A stretch of 64,000 nt of DNA from Methanoregula sp. (GTDB lineage: Archaea > Halobacteriota > Methanomicrobia > Methanomicrobiales > Methanospirillaceae), in the NCBI GenBank assembly GCA_039698055.1, contig JBDKTL010000007.1, positions 1-64,000 of the forward strand. Direction: 5' to 3'. Position numbers and translations under genes: made by a program. Under the pieces are notes generated by a model, which saw only the letters and a list, made by a program, of their open reading frames with translations, did not search any database and was not told where the DNA came from. Positions 50,114 through 60,663 of this stretch are shown piece after piece. Within the stretch, counting starts at the first letter, position 1; each line of letters begins with the position of its first letter.

Positions 50114-50818
50114 TCAATCCTGCTGGCAGAAGAGTGATGTCGGTCCTTTCCGGGCAACGGTTACGATAAAATTACGGTTTCTGTACACAACATCTACATC
50201 GGAAAAACCGGCCTCGTGCAGCCACCCGAGCAGCATCGAAAGTTTCTCGTTCCTGTCCAGCGTGTCCCGGCGCCGGCGGATCTCCGCATTCTCTGGTGTA
50301 TTCAGCGGCCCGTTTTTTAAAAAATCGTCCCAGTACTCACGGTACTTCCCGGTGAAGTACGGCGTCTCGCCATCGGCCTGGTCGGCGTTGACAAAGACCC
50401 CGCCAGGTGCGAGCACGGAAAAGATCCGCTCGAAGAGCCGGCGCTTGTCATCGGGTTCAAGGTGATGGATCGAGAGCGCGGAGCAGACGAGATCGTACGG
50501 CCCGCCGAGGTCCGCCTGCGAATAATCGCCGGCCCGGAAAACGATATTTTTGTGGCCCAAGAACCGTTCCCGGGCAACGGCAAGCATTTTCTCCGAAATA
50601 TCCAGCAGGGTAAGGGTTGCAGCCGGGTATTTTTCCAGCAGCATCGCACTTAAAAGCCCGGTTCCTGCGCCGACATCGAGAATTGCAGGCATTGAGGACG
50701 GACTTTCGGCGGCCCATACCGCAACGCCGTAAAACTGCCGCATGTCGGGAATGACATACTCACGCTGGGCATCATATTCTGTTGCAACGGCATCGAAGGC
50801 TTTCCTGATATGCTCCAT
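50114..50818 (-). CDS. Class I SAM-dependent methyltransferase
   Basis: ILDVGAGTG, LDISEKML, SALSIHHL, LAPGG.FVNAD; likely start MEHIRK. Confidence 0.88.
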   Translation of the reverse strand: MEHIRKAFDAVATEYDAQREYVIPDMRQFYGVAVWAAESPSSMPAILDVGAGTGLLSAMLLEKYPAATLTLLDISEKMLAVARERFLGHKNIVFRAGDYSQADLGGPYDLVCSALSIHHLEPDDKRRLFERIFSVLAPGGVFVNADQADGETPYFTGKYREYWDDFLKNGPLNTPENAEIRRRRDTLDRNEKLSMLLGWLHEAGFSDVDVVYRNRNFIVTVARKGPTSLFCQQD

Positions 50819-50928
50819 TCTTCCTGCACCTGAATAATCCCGGAAACCGTATACTGGATTTATTCCGGGTTGTCCGTGTAAGCACAAAAATATAGTACAA
50901 AACAGGGAACGGGTAAAAAGAAAAACCC

Positions 50929-52359
50929 TTACGATGTCCCGGATTCAAACGATTCCAGATTGGACTGGTACGTCCCGTCAATAAAATTAACCTGGCGCGG
51001 ATCGGCGGTCTCTCCGGTTATAGGAAGGGGATAGCATCCGGTGAGGCATCCGGTACAGAGATCCGAGCGGGAAAACCCAATCGCTTCAACCAATGCATCA
51101 AGAGAGATATGGTGGAGAGAAGTCGCCGTGATGCTATGCCGGACTTCATCCTGGACTTTATCGCTTGCTATGAGTTCTTTTCTGGTAGGCATATCCACGC
51201 CAAGGTAGCAGGGCGCCTTTATCGCAGGCGAGCCTATTCTCATATGAACCTCACGAGCCCCGGCATCGCGCATCATTTCAATAATCCGCTTTGACGTTGT
51301 GCCCCGCACAATACTGTCATCTACAAGGACGATGGATTTGTTTTTCAGGTGTGCAGGAATCGGGTTGAGCTTGATCCGCACTGCCCGTTCCCGCTCCTTC
51401 TGGGTCGGCATGATAAATGTCCGCCCCATGTACCGGTTCTTCATCAGGCTTTCGACAAACGGAATTTTTGAATATTCCGCGTACCCGATTGCATACGCCG
51501 TCCCGGAGTCAGGAACCGAGCAAACCGAGTCGGCTTTCACCGGAGCCTCTTCATGAAGTTTCTGCCCAATGCTCCGCCGTACATCATAGACCAGGACCCC
51601 ATCCATTACCGCATCAGCACGGGCAAAATAGATATATTCAAAGATACAGTGGGCGCGTTTGCCGGCAACAGCGATTTGATTGCACCGGACCCCCTCCGCA
51701 TTCATCTGGATGAGTTCTCCGGGCTTGATGTCACGAAGGAACCTTCCTCCCAGTGCATCTACGGCAACGCTCTCCGATGCCACAATATACCCCTTTTCAA
51801 GTTTCCCGAGGCAGAACGGTTTGATGCCCAGAGGATCGCGGAACGCATAGATTACGCCATCGATCATGATGACGACCGAATATGAACCCTGCATTTTTTG
51901 CATGCAGAGTCGCACAGCATCCTCGACACACCCTGATTCACTGATCTCATCGATCAGGATCTTTGCAATAATCTCGGTGTCTGTCGTGGTAATAAAAATC
52001 TGCCCGGCCTTTTCATACTTATCGCGGAGTTCGCACGTATTAACAAGATTTCCGTTATGCGCGATCGAGATAAAATGATCCTTGAACTGGAAATTGAGCG
52101 GCTGAATATTTTCGGGAAGGTTGGCACCCGTTGTCGGATACCGGACATGACCGATACCGGCAGTCCCTTTAAGATCTTTTAAAACAGAAGGAGAAAAAAC
52201 GTCGGCAACAAGTCCCTGCCCCTTGAATTTGCAGAGATTTGTGCCATCGAATGTAGATATCCCAGCGCTTTCCTGGCCACGATGCTGCAGCGCGTACAGG
52301 GCATAATACAGTTGGATGGAAACACCGCCAGCATCGACGATGCCAACGATACCACACAT
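50929..52359 (-). CDS. purF: Amidophosphoribosyltransferase
   Basis: MCGIVG, LQHRGQESAG, GHVRYPT, CIFEYIYFAR, VDDSIVRGTT. Confidence 0.98.
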   Translation of the reverse strand: MCGIVGIVDAGGVSIQLYYALYALQHRGQESAGISTFDGTNLCKFKGQGLVADVFSPSVLKDLKGTAGIGHVRYPTTGANLPENIQPLNFQFKDHFISIAHNGNLVNTCELRDKYEKAGQIFITTTDTEIIAKILIDEISESGCVEDAVRLCMQKMQGSYSVVIMIDGVIYAFRDPLGIKPFCLGKLEKGYIVASESVAVDALGGRFLRDIKPGELIQMNAEGVRCNQIAVAGKRAHCIFEYIYFARADAVMDGVLVYDVRRSIGQKLHEEAPVKADSVCSVPDSGTAYAIGYAEYSKIPFVESLMKNRYMGRTFIMPTQKERERAVRIKLNPIPAHLKNKSIVLVDDSIVRGTTSKRIIEMMRDAGAREVHMRIGSPAIKAPCYLGVDMPTRKELIASDKVQDEVRHSITATSLHHISLDALVEAIGFSRSDLCTGCLTGCYPLPITGETADPRQVNFIDGTYQSNLESFESGTS

Positions 52360-52368
52360 GGTAAATCT

Positions 52369-52551
52369 CTAATGCGTTGGGATTTTTGGTCTTTTGGTAT
52401 TCCACTTATTGCTGACCAGTTTCGTGCTTCTGCCAAAACCACAGGCAGAGCAGACTTTTTTCTGGGCGTGATACGAGATCTTCCCACAGCGCCGGCAGGC
52501 GATATGGGTCTTCTTGTTTCTCTTGCCCATTGACGGAGTGCCTTTTGTCAT
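52369..52551 (-). CDS. rpl37e: 50S ribosomal protein L37e
   Basis: [11 protein letters not shown]...CRRCG...CSACGFG. Confidence 0.97.
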   Translation of the reverse strand: MTKGTPSMGKRNKKTHIACRRCGKISYHAQKKVCSACGFGRSTKLVSNKWNTKRPKIPTH

Positions 52552-52561
52552 GTTAATTCAC

Positions 52562-52864
<303 letters not shown>

Positions 52865-52980
52865 TCAGAAACCGTAAAACTCAAACGATGATTTTGTTTT
52901 TCCGGATCTGCCTGCTGATATGTACGGAGTAACTGGTATTAATCTTTTTTAGCGGTGGCAAATTTTTTCATACCGGGAAG

Positions 52981-53499
52981 ATGAATGTAAAAACAGAAAC
53001 AATGAAAAAAATTATCGTAAAAAAACGGCATTCAATCCGCAAAAGCCAGGCACAGGATCTGCTTGAGCGCTTATCTCTCCAGATAGGGCCGTCTTCTTTG
53101 CTCTTCCATGCCGATATGATTGAAATTCTTGAGACCAACGCGGATATTGCAATTTACCTGGTGAACAAAAAACCGCTGCTGATGGATACCGGGGATTGGG
53201 TATTTCCCACGCTTAAAGGTGCGTTACAAATCCCCTTCCCGGAGCGCAGGGTGAGAGTGGATGCCGGTGCAATTCCCTACGTGATCAACGGGGCAGACGT
53301 GATGCGCCCGGGAATAGTTGGCGTTTCTGACGACGTAAAGGCAAAGGGACCCGTTCAGATCGTAGATGAACGGCATGGTAAACCTCTTGCTATCGGGGTT
53401 GCCCTCTTTGAGGGTCCCGCAATCCTTGAAAGCGTGTCGGGAAAAATGTGCAAAAATGTTCATCACGTCGGTGATGAATTATGGAGCCTGGAATTGTAG
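52981..53499 (+). CDS. PUA-domain RNA-binding protein
   Basis: FPTL, VDAGAIPYVINGADVMRPGI, HHVGDELW. Confidence 0.9.
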   Translation: MNVKTETMKKIIVKKRHSIRKSQAQDLLERLSLQIGPSSLLFHADMIEILETNADIAIYLVNKKPLLMDTGDWVFPTLKGALQIPFPERRVRVDAGAIPYVINGADVMRPGIVGVSDDVKAKGPVQIVDERHGKPLAIGVALFEGPAILESVSGKMCKNVHHVGDELWSLEL

Positions 53500-53621
53500 A
53501 TCGCGCAAAAACAATAAAATCGGAAAAATAATCCCCGTTTAAGCAGTTTAATCAGAAAAAATGACTGCCGGAGCCTCTTCAAATAGATACTATTAAATAA
53601 GTATCATCATACAGTTTTTTT

Positions 53622-53990
53622 ATGGTTAAGATCATAGACACACTTCTTGGGAAGAGTTCCGCAAGCACGGACGATGATTACATGGAACTCGATCTCGCCT
53701 CGTATGAGGAACATGGCGGTTCTGCCCCGGCACTTCTTGTAAAAATTGCGACCATCGCAGATCTTAAAGACACTCCCCGTGTCAAGGATGAAGTTTACAA
53801 CGGGAACATTGTAATTGTCGACATCTCACGCCTTAAAATGGACAAGATCTCCTATGAGCGCGTCCTAAAGGACTTAAAAGAAGTCGCAAAAGATGTAAAC
53901 GGGGATATCATCGGCCTTGGAGACCAGCGGTATGTTGTCCTTACACCAATGTCGGTGAAGATCTCGCGCGACAAGATCGGTGGGGCATAA
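53622..53990 (+). CDS. sepF: Cell division protein SepF
   Basis: N-terminal amphipathic helix, GNIVIVDI, GDI.G, VLTP..V.I.R. Confidence 0.9.
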   Translation: MVKIIDTLLGKSSASTDDDYMELDLASYEEHGGSAPALLVKIATIADLKDTPRVKDEVYNGNIVIVDISRLKMDKISYERVLKDLKEVAKDVNGDIIGLGDQRYVVLTPMSVKISRDKIGGA

Positions 53991-54512
53991 GTGCGACAGA
54001 TCGTACCAGGTCCGTGTCCATCCTGCAATACTGAAATAGAATATCTGTATCAGACGGAAAATATTCCTTTTTTTTCAGACATTCTTATAATTTCTGCCAT
54101 CTGCCCGTGCTGCGGTTATCGGTATGCGGATACCCAGCTCCTGAAACAGGCCGATCCTGCACGATACACCCTGGCAATCGAGACGGTGGATGACCTCTCG
54201 GTCCGCGTGGTGCGGAGTATGAGCGCGGCCATTGAGATCCCGGAACTGGGGACCCGGATCGACCCGGGGCCCTCATGTCAGGGATTCGTATCCAATGTGG
54301 AGGGAGTACTCGACCGTATAGAAACGGTCGTGAAGGGCGCCCTGCAGTGGGGTAACGATGTCGAGAAGGAGAATGCGGCGGCACTTCTTGTGGATATCGC
54401 TAAGGTAAAGGCCGGGGCGTTTCCCATCACGTTGATTCTGGAGGACCCGAACGGAAACAGCGGGATCATCGCAGATACCGCGGTGAAATCCGCATACGTA
54501 CCGGAAGAGTGA
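53991..54512 (+). CDS. ZPR1 zinc-finger domain protein
   Basis: CPSC...IPFF...C..CGYR, RVVRS, NVEGVL, EDPNGNS. Confidence 0.92.
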   Translation: MRQIVPGPCPSCNTEIEYLYQTENIPFFSDILIISAICPCCGYRYADTQLLKQADPARYTLAIETVDDLSVRVVRSMSAAIEIPELGTRIDPGPSCQGFVSNVEGVLDRIETVVKGALQWGNDVEKENAAALLVDIAKVKAGAFPITLILEDPNGNSGIIADTAVKSAYVPEE

Positions 54513-54627
54513 GTCCGGTTCAATTTCCAGCCCTTATTTTCTCTCAACAATTTTCATTTCCTGATGCCGCAGGATCACAAGAAAAAGAAGAAAGAGTTTA
54601 TTACGCCCTGCTTTCAGTGATCACACG

Positions 54628-54706
54628 ATGAAGATCCTTGGCATTGCATCCAGCCCGCGAAAAGGCGGAAACAGCCAGATGCTTGTTGAACACATTCTTT
54701 CCGGTA
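54628..54706 (+). pseudogene. Truncated flavodoxin/iron-sulfur flavoprotein-like gene fragment
   Basis: MKILGIASSPRKGGNSQMLVEHILSG is a typical FMN-reductase-family N-terminus; similarity ends at the repeat region and no remainder is visible. Confidence 0.75.
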
Positions 54707-54726
54707 ATACGGTATCGCCCACAGAG

Positions 54727-54949
54727 TGTACCCATGCGACCCCTTCAAACCCACAATCCCCTTCACACTGCATTTTTCGTCGAAATTTTTCAGAAAATAA
54801 GGGCTTTCCGGAAAACCTGATGGGGGGGTCGCATGGGTACAAACTGTTTTCACGCGAGTCAGAGACCCGGTGAATTGGCAGAAAAATACGACGGAAATTC
54901 CCTGCCGGCGCCTGCCCGGCAGGATACCGGTCTGTACCCATGCGACCCC
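54727..54949. repeat. Three copies of 17-bp TGTACCCATGCGACCCC (+, -, +)
   Basis: Exact copies at 54727-54743 (+), 54825-54841 (-) and 54933-54949 (+). Confidence 0.92.
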
Positions 54950-55074
54950 CAACTTCACGTCAGATCCCGTACGTTCATAATAGCGAACAGTTCCGGCACT
55001 CGCATGCAGGGGCAATTTGTAAAATTTTTTTCCGGAATGAAAAGAAAAAAGAGAACTTAAAAAAAATTGTCTGG

Positions 55075-56067
55075 TTATGTTATCTCCATCTCGCCGAGCC
55101 ATGCCCCCGGCTCCTTCACAACTTCCCCAACAACCTGCGCTCCGGGGACCATCTTCAGCACGCAGGTCACGCTTGATTTCGGTACGACATACGCATAGCC
55201 CATACCCATGTTGAAGGTGCGATACATCTCTTCAGCGGTGATGTCGCCGGCCTTCTGGATCCAGCCGAAGATGTCGGGCGGGGCGATGGGGGTGTCGAAC
55301 CGGAACCCGTACTTGCTCAGGCGGTTAAAGTTCAGGAGACCCCCACCGGTGACATGGCACATGCCATGCACCGTGCAGGATGCGGCAACCTTCAGGCTCT
55401 CGTGGTAGATCCGGGTAGGCGTGATGAGTTCCTGCCCGAACGTCTTTTTGCCCTTGAACTTCTTGTCGTAACCCGCGTACTTCTCGACAACTCGGCGGGC
55501 GAGCGAGAGGCCGTTGCTGTGGACACCGGTCGAGGGGACGCCCATGATCTTCTCGCCCGGCTTGATCTTGTCACCGGCAATGATCTTGTCCTTCTTCTGA
55601 ATCCCGAGGCAGGTGCCAGCGAGATCGAGGCCGTTCACCAGCCCGCGAAGCGAGGCGGTTTCACCACCAACAATATCGATATTTGCCTGCCGGGCGCCTT
55701 CGTTGAGCCCGATACCGATCTGGGCCATCTTGTCAATCGAGAGCTTGTCGGTGGCAATGTAATCGACAAACGCAATTGGCTCCACATTCATAACGTAGAG
55801 ATCGTTGACATTCATCGCGATGCAGTCAATCCCAACCGTGCTCCAGTCCTCCTGCTGGTCGGCAACAAGCATTTTTGTGCCGACGCCATCGGTCGTGAGG
55901 GCAAGCACCTGTTCCCCGAAATCAATAAGACCGGCAAAATGCCCGACATTCCCGAGCATCGTATGCTTCCCTCTCCGCCGGTAACCCAAGTTTTTTATCA
56001 GCGATTTTATTGCGGTTGCTTCAAGGTCAATATCAACCCCTGCATCCCGGTAGGCATTTTCAGTCAT
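55075..56067 (-). CDS. purM: Phosphoribosylformylglycinamidine cyclo-ligase
   Basis: YRDAGVDI, TDGVGTK, AMNVND, GGETA, GVHSNG, HVTGGG, TFNMGMG. Confidence 0.97.
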   Translation of the reverse strand: MTENAYRDAGVDIDLEATAIKSLIKNLGYRRRGKHTMLGNVGHFAGLIDFGEQVLALTTDGVGTKMLVADQQEDWSTVGIDCIAMNVNDLYVMNVEPIAFVDYIATDKLSIDKMAQIGIGLNEGARQANIDIVGGETASLRGLVNGLDLAGTCLGIQKKDKIIAGDKIKPGEKIMGVPSTGVHSNGLSLARRVVEKYAGYDKKFKGKKTFGQELITPTRIYHESLKVAASCTVHGMCHVTGGGLLNFNRLSKYGFRFDTPIAPPDIFGWIQKAGDITAEEMYRTFNMGMGYAYVVPKSSVTCVLKMVPGAQVVGEVVKEPGAWLGEMEIT

Positions 56068-57460
56068 TACATTCCTCTGAGAGACGGAACTCATCGTGGA
56101 GCACCCGCACTGCACGGGGACCATCCTCTTGTTTTACGACAAACGAGATGTTGGCCTCACTTGACCCCTGCGATATCATCATCACGTTTACCCCTTCACG
56201 GCCAAGAGCGGTAAAGATCCGTCCTCCCGTCCCGGCTGCACCGGCCATACCGGCACCCACAACTGCCACCGCACAGACATCATGGTTATGCGTCACCTCG
56301 CGCACAATACCCTGTTCGACAAGGAATGCCAGTGCGTTCACTGCGGCGGAGAGGTGGGACTCATCAACGATAAGCGAGATGTTGGCCTCACTTGACCCCT
56401 GCGATATCATCATCACGTTCACTTCGTTGTCGGCAAGTGCTGAAAAGATGGCTTTTGCTACACCGGGCCTGCCGATCATCTGGGCGCCATTGATATTGAT
56501 GGAGCCAACTTTCTCAATATACGTAAGGGCCTTGACCACCCGGCTGTCGCGATGGCCGTTCCTGACAATTTTTGTTCCGGGGTGCGAGGGATTGAATGTA
56601 TTTTTTACCCGGACAAGGATGTTTTTTCTCATCGCCGGATCGATCGAGCGGGGGTGCATGACTTTTGCGCCAAAGTAGGAGAGTTCCATTACCTCGATGT
56701 ACGAGAGACTTTTCATTACCCGCGCATCACTGATCACCCGGGGATCGGAGGTCATAATGCCATCCACATCTGTCCAGATCCAGATCTCATCTGCGTCGAT
56801 GCCGGCACCAATAATCGATGCGGAATAGTCCGACCCGCTTCGTCCAAGAGTGGTGACAATGCCCTCGCATGTGCAGCCCATGAAGCCCATGATAACCGGT
56901 ACTTCTTTATTCAGGAGTTCCCCGACCCGTTTTTTAATGAGCGCATCACTTTCCGGGAGAGCAGTGGATTCTCCATGCTGGGGGGTGGTAAGGATACCGG
57001 CTTCGCACCCGTCCATTACGGTAGAGGGGATGCCCTGCTGGCGGAGAGCAGCACTAACGATTGGTGCAAGGATACGCTCACCGTAAGAGATAATGTAATC
57101 TCTGGAGCGGGGGGTGAGCTCCCGCAAATTGTACACGGCGTAAAGGATACTCTGGAGGCTGATGAGTCGTTCGTCGATGACAGATCCAACTTCTGCAACA
57201 TAATCGGGTGCCGCACCTTCAAGTGTGGTCATATGCCGTTTTCCCAGGGACTGGATCAGGGGTGCAATCGCCGAACTGTCCTTTGCGGTTGGAAGGGTGC
57301 CGGCAATTTCAATGAGCTGATCCGTCACACCCCGCTGTGCAGAAACGACAACTGCCATTTCGTCGCCAGCCTCACGGTGTTTTTTAAGAATATCAACGAC
57401 CCTTTTGATACACTGCGCATCAGCAACTGATGTTCCGCCGAATTTCATCAACAATCTCAT
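56060..57460 (-). CDS. lysC: Aspartate kinase
   Basis: MKFGGTSV, TLGRSGSDYSA, TDVDG..TSDP, two ACT domains. Confidence 0.96.
   Translation of the reverse strand: MRLLMKFGGTSVADAQCIKRVVDILKKHREAGDEMAVVVSAQRGVTDQLIEIAGTLPTAKDSSAIAPLIQSLGKRHMTTLEGAAPDYVAEVGSVIDERLISLQSILYAVYNLRELTPRSRDYIISYGERILAPIVSAALRQQGIPSTVMDGCEAGILTTPQHGESTALPESDALIKKRVGELLNKEVPVIMGFMGCTCEGIVTTLGRSGSDYSASIIGAGIDADEIWIWTDVDGIMTSDPRVISDARVMKSLSYIEVMELSYFGAKVMHPRSIDPAMRKNILVRVKNTFNPSHPGTKIVRNGHRDSRVVKALTYIEKVGSININGAQMIGRPGVAKAIFSALADNEVNVMMISQGSSEANISLIVDESHLSAAVNALAFLVEQGIVREVTHNHDVCAVAVVGAGMAGAAGTGGRIFTALGREGVNVMMISQGSSEANISFVVKQEDGPRAVRVLHDEFRLSEECND
56144..56419. repeat. Perfect 45-bp direct repeat inside lysC
   Basis: CGAGATGTTGGCCTCACTTGACCCCTGCGATATCATCATCACGTT at 56144-56188 and 56375-56419. 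Confidence 0.9.
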
Positions 57461-57523
57461 TTGTGTTCCCACACTTGCACGTACCATTTATTTATGTAAC
57501 TATACGACGCACAGAATAATAAG

Positions 57524-59152
57524 ATGCATGCAGAAGACGTGGTTGACTGCCACGTGCTGGTTATCGGGAGCGGTGGGGCAGGAGTGCGTGCGGCTATCGA
57601 GGCTTCAGGCTATGGGAACACCGTGCTCATCTCAAAAACGATCGTGGGAAAAGGTGGCTGTACCACGATGGCTGAGGGGGGGTTAAATGCAGTCCTGCGC
57701 AAAGAGGATTCATGTGAGATTCATTTTGAGGATACGCTCAAAGGCGGAGCATACCTCAACGAACCTGAACTGGTAAAAATTCTGGTGCATGAATCTCCCC
57801 AACGGATGAACGATCTTATCCAGTGGGGTGCCGTTTTTGATTTTACTGACAACGACGAAGTTGCCCAGCGTCCCTTTGGCGGCCAGAGATTTCCCAGAAC
57901 CTGCTATGCGGGAGACCGCACCGGTCATGAGATGATGACCACGCTTGTCGAGCGTCTTGATGCCTGTGGCATAACGACTCTTCAGGAAATGACCGTCATC
58001 GATCTCCTGAAAGAGGGCAACCGGGTGATCGGAGCGATGGCTCTTGATGAGAAAGGCGCAATGATCCTTTTAAAAGCGGACAGCACCATCCTCGCAACCG
58101 GTGGAGGAACAAAAGTCTATGATATCTCCACAAACTCTTCCAGCGGTACCGGGGACGGGTACGCGATTGGGTACCGTGCCGGCGCTGAACTTATCGATAT
58201 GGAACTGGTGCAGTTCCACCCGACCGGCGCAGTATTCCCCTATGATGCACGGGGCAGGCTGGTAACAGAAGCCGTGCGGGGAGAGGGGGGGATCCTGAAA
58301 AATTCTCTTGGAGAGCGGTTCATGAAACGATATGACCCCGACCGGATGGAGCTCTCCACCCGTGATGTTGTTGCCCGTGCGATTGCCACGGAGATCCTCA
58401 AGGGAAGAGGAACAGAACATGATGGGGTGTACCTTGATGTCACGCACCTCCCGCGTGAACAGATCGAGTCCCGGCTTCCGGTCATGCTCGAACAGTTCCT
58501 CAAATTCGGTGTAGACATCCGGGAAAAAGCGATGGAAGTGGCGCCGACCGCACACCACATTATGGGAGGTCTGCGGATCACACCGGAATGCAGGACGACC
58601 ATTCCGGGATTATTTGCATGCGGTGAGGTCTCCGGTGGGGTGCATGGCGCCAACCGGCTTGGGGGAAACGCCCTCGCTGAAACACAGGTGTTTGGCAAAC
58701 GCGCTGGTGAATATGCAGGAAAATCTGAGAGAACGCAGACAAAAATCGATCCTGTGCAGGTTGAAACGGCGCAACGGAATCTCGGTGCATTCCTCAAGGG
58801 AACAGAAAACCCGGCACGGGTTAGAAAAGAACTTGAACTGGCAATGTGGCACGGTGCCGGGATATTCCGGAACGAGACCGATATCAAAAAGACTCTTGAT
58901 ACCGTCAATCGTCTCTCCCTGATGTCACTCCAGGCAAAATCCCCACAAAATCTTGCGGATTGCGCCATACTCAGGAATATGTGCCTGACTGCATCGCTGA
59001 TCTGCCGGTGTGCGCTGCTGCGCCCTGAATCCCGTGGTGCCCACGTCCGGGTTGACATCAGCCAGGAATGGGACGCCCTGCATTCCCCCTACAGTCATAC
59101 TTACATCTCGCAACACCGTGAAGGCATCCAGAAGATGGAGGGCAGATTATGA
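57524..59152 (+). CDS. tfrA: Thiol:fumarate reductase (CoM/CoB) flavoprotein subunit
   Basis: GSGGAG, AEGG, QFHPTG, TEAVRGEG, HHIMGG, HGANRLGGN. Confidence 0.93.
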   Translation: MHAEDVVDCHVLVIGSGGAGVRAAIEASGYGNTVLISKTIVGKGGCTTMAEGGLNAVLRKEDSCEIHFEDTLKGGAYLNEPELVKILVHESPQRMNDLIQWGAVFDFTDNDEVAQRPFGGQRFPRTCYAGDRTGHEMMTTLVERLDACGITTLQEMTVIDLLKEGNRVIGAMALDEKGAMILLKADSTILATGGGTKVYDISTNSSSGTGDGYAIGYRAGAELIDMELVQFHPTGAVFPYDARGRLVTEAVRGEGGILKNSLGERFMKRYDPDRMELSTRDVVARAIATEILKGRGTEHDGVYLDVTHLPREQIESRLPVMLEQFLKFGVDIREKAMEVAPTAHHIMGGLRITPECRTTIPGLFACGEVSGGVHGANRLGGNALAETQVFGKRAGEYAGKSERTQTKIDPVQVETAQRNLGAFLKGTENPARVRKELELAMWHGAGIFRNETDIKKTLDTVNRLSLMSLQAKSPQNLADCAILRNMCLTASLICRCALLRPESRGAHVRVDISQEWDALHSPYSHTYISQHREGIQKMEGRL

Positions 59153-60618
59153 ATGAAATAACGGTAAAGGTGCGGAGATTCGATCCTGAACATGATACCA
59201 CCTCACGTTTGGAAACCTATACCGTGCAGGTGCATGACGGCGCCCGTGTGCTCCATGTACTTCATGCCATTCACAACGAATGCGATCCAACGCTTTCCTA
59301 CCGGTATTGTTGTGGGTCCGGGCAGTGCGGGAGCTGTGCCGTCCGGGTGAACGGTGAACCGGTGCTCGCATGTATGGAAGAGGCGAAAAATAACATTATC
59401 ATCGAACCGCTGAACCTCCCGGTCAAAAAAGACCTCGTCGTTGACCTTCTGCCAAAACTCGCGACCATCGCCGCTTTACAACCGTGTCAGGAATGCATCA
59501 TCCCCAAAAAAGCAGAGATCGATTTGATAAAGCCGTTGAGAGACTGCATCGAATGTCTTGCCTGCGTATCCGTTTGTCCCGCGATGGATGTGACATCGTT
59601 TATCGGTCCTACGGCCATGCGCCAGGAAATGCGCCTTGCTCTTGACCCCCGGGATTGCGCTGACCGTGTACCGGACGCAATAAGAGATGGGCTTTTTACC
59701 TGTACATCATGCCAAGCATGCGCAAAAGTCTGCCCGAAGCATATCGAGATCCCCGGTAAGGCAATAGAGAAACTCCGGGCACTTGCTAACAAGCGCGGGT
59801 TCACGCTCCCCCGGCACCAGGAAGTCGCAGCGCTGGTAAAAGCTACCGGCAGAAGTGTCACCCGTATTGAACCCACGTTCCTTGAACAAGTCGGGGATGT
59901 GCTGGAGCCCTATGGACCGGTCAAAGCCACGGTAGGATTCTTTGTTGGGTGCATGTACAATATGCGCCTGCCTCAAACTGCCTTGGACGCGATGGAAGTA
60001 CTGAGACGCAATGGTATCCGGGTTATTATCCCGCACGATCAGGTCTGTTGCGGTTCTCCCCTTATCCGGACCGGGCAGATCGCATTTCTGGACACGCTGA
60101 AATCCAAGAACATTGAGGTATTCTGTTCCCGTGGAATAGATACGGTCATGACCATGTGCGCAGGATGTGGCTCCACGCTGAAAAATGATTACACAACCCC
60201 CTTTGCAATCATGGACATCAATGAGGTGCTCACAAAATACGGGATCGAACCTCCGGCCCGACTACCGTTAAAAGCCACCTATCATGATCCCTGCCACCTG
60301 TTACGGGGTCAGGGCATTCGTGAACCCCCCCGGGAGCTGATCCGCCAGGTTGTCGATCTTGTTGAGATGCCGTCCATATGCTGCGGGTCCGGTGGGGGAG
60401 TGAAAGCTGGAGTGCCGGATGAAGCAGCAGCGCTTGGAAAACGTCGGGGTGAAGAGATCCGGAAAACCGGTGCCGAACTGGTAATTTCATCCTGCCCGTT
60501 CTGCGAATTCCATATTGCCGGGCATACGGATAAACCCGTTAAAAATATCACGACAGTTCTTCTTGAAGGGTACCAGGAAAAGGACAGAAAAAAGAATGCC
60601 CCGCCTCAAACCTGGTAG
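59149..60618 (+). CDS. tfrB: Thiol:fumarate reductase iron-sulfur subunit
   Basis: 2Fe-2S, two CxxCxxCxxxCP and two CCG domains. Confidence 0.93.
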   Translation: MNEITVKVRRFDPEHDTTSRLETYTVQVHDGARVLHVLHAIHNECDPTLSYRYCCGSGQCGSCAVRVNGEPVLACMEEAKNNIIIEPLNLPVKKDLVVDLLPKLATIAALQPCQECIIPKKAEIDLIKPLRDCIECLACVSVCPAMDVTSFIGPTAMRQEMRLALDPRDCADRVPDAIRDGLFTCTSCQACAKVCPKHIEIPGKAIEKLRALANKRGFTLPRHQEVAALVKATGRSVTRIEPTFLEQVGDVLEPYGPVKATVGFFVGCMYNMRLPQTALDAMEVLRRNGIRVIIPHDQVCCGSPLIRTGQIAFLDTLKSKNIEVFCSRGIDTVMTMCAGCGSTLKNDYTTPFAIMDINEVLTKYGIEPPARLPLKATYHDPCHLLRGQGIREPPRELIRQVVDLVEMPSICCGSGGGVKAGVPDEAAALGKRRGEEIRKTGAELVISSCPFCEFHIAGHTDKPVKNITTVLLEGYQEKDRKKNAPPQTW

Positions 60619-60663
60619 TGGCGACACGCATCACATTTTTCCTGGCATATGAAATGAAACGCT

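Noticed and set aside
54727-54949. CRISPR array
   Set aside because: Repeats are only 17 bp, alternate in orientation and are about 100 bp apart; no cas genes in the window
54614-55176. ORFs spanning the repeat region (e.g. 54614-55102)
   Set aside because: They are translations of repeat sequence with no recognisable domain
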